This document shows positions 58,337 to 64,000 of a stretch of DNA of 64,000 nucleotides, in pieces. Under the pieces are notes generated by a model. That model was not told where the DNA came from, did not search any database, and was given only the letters and a program-made list of their open reading frames with translations. A program made the translations under genes and the position numbers. The stretch is from Candidatus Shapirobacteria bacterium (lineage in GTDB: Bacteria; Patescibacteriota; Microgenomatia; UBA12405): assembly GCA_041659325.1 (NCBI GenBank), contig JBAZYN010000004.1, forward strand, positions 583 through 64,582. Reading direction: 5' to 3'. The stretch's first letter is position 1. Every line of letters begins with the position of its first letter.

Positions 58337-58939
58337 ATGCAAGAGCAAATGGGCTATCTTCTTTCCCGGGTAGGGGAACTCCCTCCTGCGCAAAATCAAA
58401 TTATCGAAAGACATATCCGATTCTGCCCGAAGCAAGGTACCCAGGTGTTCGGCCGAAGTATCCATGATCCCCGGCAAGACGAAGCGGGTTTAAATATTAT
58501 TGAGGCCGAATTGATAACTTTTACTGCAGCCTCTCAATCGGGTGCTCTCAACACCTTCTGGGATTTAAGGGGGCAACCTTCAGAAGGATTACGTGTCGAT
58601 ACTGACGTGGCTAGTGGTTTAGGCTTAGCTCTAAATCTAATTGAAGTCTCTAATCAAGTCAGACCCCCGTCTACGCCACAAATTGCCCATGAAATTATCC
58701 AAGAAATCCTTAGCGATCCTGCACAAAAACCCACCATGAATAGGGTCCATATCCTTATGGATGCAATACGAATAGCGCGCTCAGTGGTTATTAATTGGGA
58801 TGATGATATGACCGGAGAAACTCAGGATTGGCAAAGAATCCGCTTAGGTTTAGCCCTGGCATGTTCTGCCAATTATCCCAATTTTCAAATTAGACTTTGC
58901 CATGTCGGGAGAGAGGGATTCGAAAACGGGACAGACTAG
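58337..58939 (+). CDS. Hypothetical cytoplasmic protein
   Basis: 200-aa ORF with TATAAT 6 nt before ATG; no recognisable motif. Confidence 0.6.
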   Translation: MQEQMGYLLSRVGELPPAQNQIIERHIRFCPKQGTQVFGRSIHDPRQDEAGLNIIEAELITFTAASQSGALNTFWDLRGQPSEGLRVDTDVASGLGLALNLIEVSNQVRPPSTPQIAHEIIQEILSDPAQKPTMNRVHILMDAIRIARSVVINWDDDMTGETQDWQRIRLGLALACSANYPNFQIRLCHVGREGFENGTD

Positions 58940-59008
58940 TCAAAGCCCCCCGTCGTCTTTCTCTGTGATAAAATTCACTTGTACCAGATATTAGTTAAAA
59001 ATCTAACA

Positions 59009-61798
59009 ATGGCAAAACCATTTTTTTGTTTTGTTAAATTTCTGTCTTTCTTGGTATTTTTTCTTTTCGCTACCGGCCCGATTATTGCCGTTACCTCTAC
59101 CCCGCGCCCCACCTCTACCCCAAAAAATACCCCCACTCCCAAAAACACTTCGACTCCTCGCCCGACTTCAACCCCCAAAAACACTCCTACGCCCAAAAAT
59201 ACCGCCACCCCAAAACCGACTGCCACTCCAACTGCTGTTCCCTTTGTTAGTATAAGTGTCGCTCCCGCCGACCTCTCTTTTACCGGCAAAAATCTGAAAG
59301 GAGGTTCCAACACCACCCTAAAAGCCATTATTAGAAATTCAGGCAACAGTGTCGCCAAAAATATAAAAACGCAATTTTTTGTTAACGGAACCCAAGTCCA
59401 TGAAAAAAACATATCGTCAATTAGCAAAAACGGTAAAACCACCGTCTCTTACACCTATAAAATTCCCCTCACCGTTTCATCCTCCCTGGTTTTCAAAGTT
59501 ATTGCCGACGGTGACAAAACTGCCGAAATTACCATCCCTGTTATCGCTTCTAGCCATAATTTGACTTTAGAGTCCCTAAAAACTACCTCTTCCAATCCCA
59601 AACCCGGTCAAAAAATTACCTGGGTAATCAAAGTCAAAAATGTCGGCAATGTCAAAGCCGAAAACGTAAAAATTGCTCTCTTTGCCGATAAAGATTCTCA
59701 AAACCCCACCTCTACCCTCGTTATCCCCTCGATCAATTCCGGTGCTACTACCAGTAAAAATATCTCCTGGACTGTTCCACTCAATCTTAGCCCGGCAATA
59801 AATTATCCAATTCGTGCCGTTGTCGACCCGGACAACACTTTTTCCGAATCAAACGAAACAGATAACGCCCAAAATTATTCCTTATCTCTGTCCGTCCCCG
59901 ACCTTTCTATCGAAAAGGGGCAGTATTACGCCGCCACCGGCATTCTCTATTCAAATACTTTTCAGCAAATTTGGGTCAAAATTAAAAACGACGATGACAC
60001 TGTTATTCCCAATGCCAAAGTTGCGATTTATTACTCCTTGGGTACACCAACCTCTGCCCGTACCAAGTTAACGGAAACCACTGTATTTCTGGGCAAAAAA
60101 ACCACCGTTGAACAAATGTTTGATCGGGTAGCTCTGCCAAATACTATTCCGTTAGGAACACAGGTCCATTTTTTCATTGTTGTTGATCCCGATAAAACTA
60201 TTCCCGAATCAAACGAAACCAATAACGAAATTACTATGCAGCGCACCATTACCGAGCGTCCTCCCCAAGCGCAGTTTCCATATCTTTACCTTTATGTCTA
60301 CGACGAAAACAGTACCCCCAAAAGTGGTGTTACTGTTAAATTAACCGACGTTAACCAACCCTCAAATATAAAAACAAAAACTACCGGTAGTGATATTCTC
60401 ACCAGAAATGCCACCGGTGCCGTTGTTTTCGACGCTTTGCCTAGCACCGGCAAATACACCATCGACATCAGTGCCCAGGGCTACCGCTCTCAAACCAAAA
60501 CTCACGATTTCAATCGCGACATCGCCGAAACCCATGAACTTACCTTTGATTTGGATAAAAAAGCTGCTCTTACCGGCACCGTTAAAAATCAATCCGGAAC
60601 TCCGATCAAAGACGTCCGGGTCGTAATTGACGGTTTAAATCTGGAAGCCTTAACCGATTCGCAGGGGAAATACGGCTTCATGTTAAACGGTGGCTCGTAT
60701 TCTGTTCGCTTTGTTAAAAAAGCTTATACCCGTATTGTCGAAAATAACCTAAACATTGCCGCCCTTTCCACAGTTACTCTTGACAAAACCATGTCCACCG
60801 CCACCACTGCCTATGTTTCTGGCTTGGTTACCGATGATGAGGGTAATGGTATGGGCAATGTCGACATCTATGTCAACAACACCATGATTGCGGTCACAGC
60901 CAACGACGGTCATTTTACCTTCAACAGTATGTCGCCGGGTTCGAAGGCATTTAAATTCAAGAAACCCGGATATGTCGATACCGAATTTACCGAAGCTATC
61001 GAAGCTGGCGAAGAATATAATCTGAATTTTTCCATGTACAAGCCTAGCACCGATACTCATGTCGAGCGGGGGACAGAAATCGTCTCCTGGCATCAGCATG
61101 AAGGCACTCCTGGTACCTTTTGGACGACCGAATACAACGTTGATGTTTGGTGGGGTCTGGGCCGGACCAAAATGGCTCTCGATTTTACTAAGAGTGGAGA
61201 CAGCGCCAGGTTAACCAAATTAGTCATCAATAATCATGGTAAACAGTGGGAGTGTAATCAGGTCGAAGGTTCGGGCGATATAGAAACGTCAGCCATTGAT
61301 ATCCCCATTACCATTTCTGCCGGTAGTTGTAGCAATAAACTCACTCAAATGGATGTCTACAAAGTTGCTATCGAATCCGATGGCCAGGAAATTTGGAGTG
61401 ACAACAGCTTCTGGACTTCCGCCACCGACCCCGTCAACACCGGCACCAAAGTTTTTACCTTCAACAATCTTTCGGTCAATTGGAACGGTAATTTCAAAGT
61501 CAAAATGTGGCTTCGGGTTCAGAAAAAAGCTGTCATTGGCACTGATGGAGATGGTGCGGGCGCTCTCTATGGCTATCACTTAGACAAAAAATTAGTCACC
61601 TGGCATCCGCAAAAACCACCGACCACCGTTATCAGCACCAGCTGGGGGCAGTTTGGCAGTTATCTTCTGGGGATTCTCGACAATCCCGTTACCGCTGTCA
61701 CCGATTTTACCGATTTGTTTACGGTCGAACAATACAATACCTATACCATGACCGAAGTTCTGCCCGCCGACTTTCCCGGCGCTCCTCCGCAAAACTAG
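59009..61798 (+). CDS. Secreted protein with Thr/Pro repeats, CARDB domains and carboxypeptidase-regulatory-like repeats
   Basis: VVDPDN...ESNETDN and VVDPDK...ESNETNN (CARDB); G.V.....PI..V.V / TD..G.Y repeats. Confidence 0.82.
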   Translation: MAKPFFCFVKFLSFLVFFLFATGPIIAVTSTPRPTSTPKNTPTPKNTSTPRPTSTPKNTPTPKNTATPKPTATPTAVPFVSISVAPADLSFTGKNLKGGSNTTLKAIIRNSGNSVAKNIKTQFFVNGTQVHEKNISSISKNGKTTVSYTYKIPLTVSSSLVFKVIADGDKTAEITIPVIASSHNLTLESLKTTSSNPKPGQKITWVIKVKNVGNVKAENVKIALFADKDSQNPTSTLVIPSINSGATTSKNISWTVPLNLSPAINYPIRAVVDPDNTFSESNETDNAQNYSLSLSVPDLSIEKGQYYAATGILYSNTFQQIWVKIKNDDDTVIPNAKVAIYYSLGTPTSARTKLTETTVFLGKKTTVEQMFDRVALPNTIPLGTQVHFFIVVDPDKTIPESNETNNEITMQRTITERPPQAQFPYLYLYVYDENSTPKSGVTVKLTDVNQPSNIKTKTTGSDILTRNATGAVVFDALPSTGKYTIDISAQGYRSQTKTHDFNRDIAETHELTFDLDKKAALTGTVKNQSGTPIKDVRVVIDGLNLEALTDSQGKYGFMLNGGSYSVRFVKKAYTRIVENNLNIAALSTVTLDKTMSTATTAYVSGLVTDDEGNGMGNVDIYVNNTMIAVTANDGHFTFNSMSPGSKAFKFKKPGYVDTEFTEAIEAGEEYNLNFSMYKPSTDTHVERGTEIVSWHQHEGTPGTFWTTEYNVDVWWGLGRTKMALDFTKSGDSARLTKLVINNHGKQWECNQVEGSGDIETSAIDIPITISAGSCSNKLTQMDVYKVAIESDGQEIWSDNSFWTSATDPVNTGTKVFTFNNLSVNWNGNFKVKMWLRVQKKAVIGTDGDGAGALYGYHLDKKLVTWHPQKPPTTVISTSWGQFGSYLLGILDNPVTAVTDFTDLFTVEQYNTYTMTEVLPADFPGAPPQN
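59092..59232 (+). repeat. Coding tandem hexapeptide repeat T-[SPA]-T-P-[KR]-[NP]
   Basis: TSTPRP TSTPKN TPTPKN TSTPRP TSTPKN TPTPKN TATPKP TATPT; degenerate 18-bp units. Confidence 0.8.
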
Positions 61799-61835
61799 TT
61801 AACTTAGGCAATTACGTTTTGTTTATAATCTTTAC

Positions 61836-62306
61836 ATGGAGTTGCCGGCATTTATTAAAAAAAATGCGTTTATATGTTTAGTGTTTTTGTCGGTTTCCTT
61901 TTCATATTTTCAAGTCGTTTTATCAAAAAATACGCCACTTCTCTATCAGAATGAAGTAGACCTGATAGAGCAGCAGCAAAGAATGAACGACTACCCTTCA
62001 ATGTACTATCGACTGGCAAACATTATCGAAAAACGTCCGGAAAGTAGATTGTTTTTCAAATTACAAGACAATTTTTTTAGTATTTTTGATATAAAATCGC
62101 TACCGTTTTTAATAATTTTTTTGATATTAATAGGGTTTTTTGATTTAGTTCAAAAAGGTTATTTAAAATATTTTTTACCTCTTTTTATAATTCCCGTGCT
62201 CACTCTGACTTTTGTTGGGTCAAACGCCACCGTTGGTAACTTTTGTCTTTATCCGGTTTTATTTATTTTTGCCATCAATGGATTTTTATCGATTGCTAAA
62301 AAATAA
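61836..62306 (+). CDS. Membrane protein resembling a fragment of a GT-C glycosyltransferase
   Basis: Multi-TM; overlaps the downstream GT-C gene; TATAAT 6 nt before ATG. Confidence 0.55.
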   Translation: MELPAFIKKNAFICLVFLSVSFSYFQVVLSKNTPLLYQNEVDLIEQQQRMNDYPSMYYRLANIIEKRPESRLFFKLQDNFFSIFDIKSLPFLIIFLILIGFFDLVQKGYLKYFLPLFIIPVLTLTFVGSNATVGNFCLYPVLFIFAINGFLSIAKK

Positions 62307-63816
62307 TCTGTTGTTGATATTTATTCTTACACTCGGACTGTTCCTTTACTGTTATCAATTGGGAACAATTCCCTCCGGAGTATTTATGGATGAAGCTCTA
62401 GTCGGATATGACGCCTTTTCTATTCTTAATACTCTCAAAGATCACCAGGGGCAAACTCTGCCAATTTATTTCAAATTCTTTAATTCCTACACTCCGGGCC
62501 TATTTGTCTATGTTGAAACGATTTTTGTCAAACTGTTCGGACTAAACCCCCAGGCCATCAGGTTGCCTTCAGCAATTTCCTTACTGTCAGTTGCCACTGG
62601 ATTATATTGGTTCCTTAAGAAATATAAGATTTTAAAGTTAAAACAAGCCGAATTATTAGCACTATTTCTTTTTATCATTACTCCTTGGGCGGTTTTTAAT
62701 GCCAGATTAGGTTATGAGGTAACCTTTGCCTTCGCTCTATTGTCACTGGGGATATTATTTTACGAAAAACCTATGTTATCTTTTTTTCTAATTTCTCTGT
62801 CCACCTATGCCGGCCACACCCAAAGATACTTAGCTCCATTAGTTCTCTTAATTATTTATTTTATTTTTTACTTTAAAAAACACCCGTTCAAAAAAATATT
62901 TTTACCACTAGTCTTGGCTGCCATAATTCAAATACCAAATATTATAATGATGTTCACTCCGGCATTTTGGATAAAAAACACCATTTTTACAAGTTCATTT
63001 ATCGAGCAGTACTTTTCATACTTTTCTCCCCAAAATTTATTTAATAAACAGGACAATGATCCGCAAAGATCAATCCCGGGTCTGGCAATATTTTATTCAT
63101 GGATGTTTTTCCCCTGGCTAGCAGGTATTTATGAGCTTTATATAAAGAGAAAAGTTCCCCTCTATTTTTACCTGATTTGTTTAATCATAATAATACCCCT
63201 CCCCGCAGCTCTGGCAAACGCTGATTACTCAACTCAGCGGGCATTGCCATTATTATTACCATACTCCATCGTAATAGCCATCGGTGTCGATAAAATATTA
63301 CAAAATCTACAGCCCTCATCAGGAGTAGTTATTTCATTATGTGTTATTGCCTTCTCTTTGATTTTATTGTGGCGCTCATATTTTATTTTGTTTCCTCGGC
63401 AGCGGGCCACCGCCTGGAATTATGGTTATGACCAAATAGCAAAATTAATTAAAAATAACCCACAAAAACACTTTATTATCGATAATAGCCGAAATGTACC
63501 AGGTATTTTAATATTATTTTGGCTAAAATATCCGCCGTCGTTACTCCAACAGGAAAACCCAGCCCGGGGCGACTACTATTGGAAAGCCAGTAGTACAAGT
63601 AATACCAACTTTGCTAATGTCGAAGTCCGGCCGATTGATTGGAAAGTAGATTCCTGCAGGCATCAAGTTCTGGTCGGGGATGGGCTAGCAATGTCAAGTA
63701 ACCAAATCTCTGAGCATTTTTTAAGTGAGTCTTTGTTAATCAAGGATAACCGTCATCAAATTATCCTCCAGGCCTACGATACAAATCCTGCCCTAAAGTG
63801 CGCCGCGCAAAGGTAA
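62278..63816 (+). CDS. GT-C fold (ArnT/PMT-like) membrane glycosyltransferase
   Basis: PSGVFMDEA..GYDAFSI..T.KD, AIRLPSA, PW...NAR.GYE and YFSYFSP..LF. Confidence 0.85.
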   Translation: MDFYRLLKNNLLLIFILTLGLFLYCYQLGTIPSGVFMDEALVGYDAFSILNTLKDHQGQTLPIYFKFFNSYTPGLFVYVETIFVKLFGLNPQAIRLPSAISLLSVATGLYWFLKKYKILKLKQAELLALFLFIITPWAVFNARLGYEVTFAFALLSLGILFYEKPMLSFFLISLSTYAGHTQRYLAPLVLLIIYFIFYFKKHPFKKIFLPLVLAAIIQIPNIIMMFTPAFWIKNTIFTSSFIEQYFSYFSPQNLFNKQDNDPQRSIPGLAIFYSWMFFPWLAGIYELYIKRKVPLYFYLICLIIIIPLPAALANADYSTQRALPLLLPYSIVIAIGVDKILQNLQPSSGVVISLCVIAFSLILLWRSYFILFPRQRATAWNYGYDQIAKLIKNNPQKHFIIDNSRNVPGILILFWLKYPPSLLQQENPARGDYYWKASSTSNTNFANVEVRPIDWKVDSCRHQVLVGDGLAMSSNQISEHFLSESLLIKDNRHQIILQAYDTNPALKCAAQR

Positions 63817-63841
63817 TATCCCCGTGCGCTATAATATCCAC

Positions 63842-64000
63842 ATGACCGATGAGGAAGTTGTGGCTTTGGTCTGTAGCGGAGACAAAGACAAATTTGCCGT
63901 AATTATCCAAAGATACCAAGACAAGCTCTTCCGGTATATCAAAAGGCTTACCGACCGGTCAACCGCCGATATCGAAGACATTCTCTCCGACGTTTTTATA
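63842..64000 (+). CDS. ECF RNA polymerase sigma factor, 3'-truncated at the window edge
   Basis: MTDEEVVALVCSGDKDKFAVIIQRYQDKLFRYIKRL...IEDILSDVFI (regions 1.2/2.1). Confidence 0.85.
   Translation, partial: MTDEEVVALVCSGDKDKFAVIIQRYQDKLFRYIKRLTDRSTADIEDILSDVFI

Noticed and set aside
59092-59232. 18-bp periodic repeats as a possible CRISPR array or VNTR element
   Set aside because: They are in-frame and synonymous-variable, encode a linker, and have no unique spacers or cas genes.
1-64000. UGA recoding (code 25)
   Set aside because: Conserved genes (pilB, metK, GT2) end properly at TGA, and the long ORFs are uninterrupted under code 11.

Overview
This is a gene-dense 64 kb chromosomal window with AT-rich intergenic regions. 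The gene content suggests a Patescibacteria/CPR genome, probably Microgenomates-like (inference); it uses genetic code 11 with TGA as stop. It is dominated by cell-surface functions: (1) a type IV pilus cluster (pilB/pilC-like genes, five pilins, a PilM-like-TM-LytR_C fusion) interleaved with a response regulator, a GAF histidine kinase and an odd DUF2332-like methyltransferase + YrdC-like gene pair; (2) a two-gene locus whose products share a ~50-aa A-x-[TS]-G-x-N repeat (candidate beta-solenoid/amyloid-like fibre); (3) an exopolysaccharide-type locus (GT2, an unannotated 37-aa membrane peptide, a DUF3597-like protein, a double CE4 deacetylase, a GH26-like protein); (4) housekeeping genes (homocitrate synthase, metK behind a non-canonical SAM-clan riboswitch, metG, ABC-F, mscL, tRNA-Trp); (5) a ~19 kb same-strand cluster (34255-53218) of WxL/archaic-pilin-like subunits, two DUF916-like putative chaperones and a 3102-aa adhesin, with no usher or sortase. 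Cluster 5 is the best candidate for an undescribed surface-fibre system. Two window-wide patterns stand out: many start codons lie 6-7 nt behind a TANNNT box (leaderless mRNAs), and surface proteins appear enriched in [VI]-G-x-[ST]. I saw no CRISPR array, IS, prophage or rRNA. All family assignments come from motif recognition by eye, not database searches.
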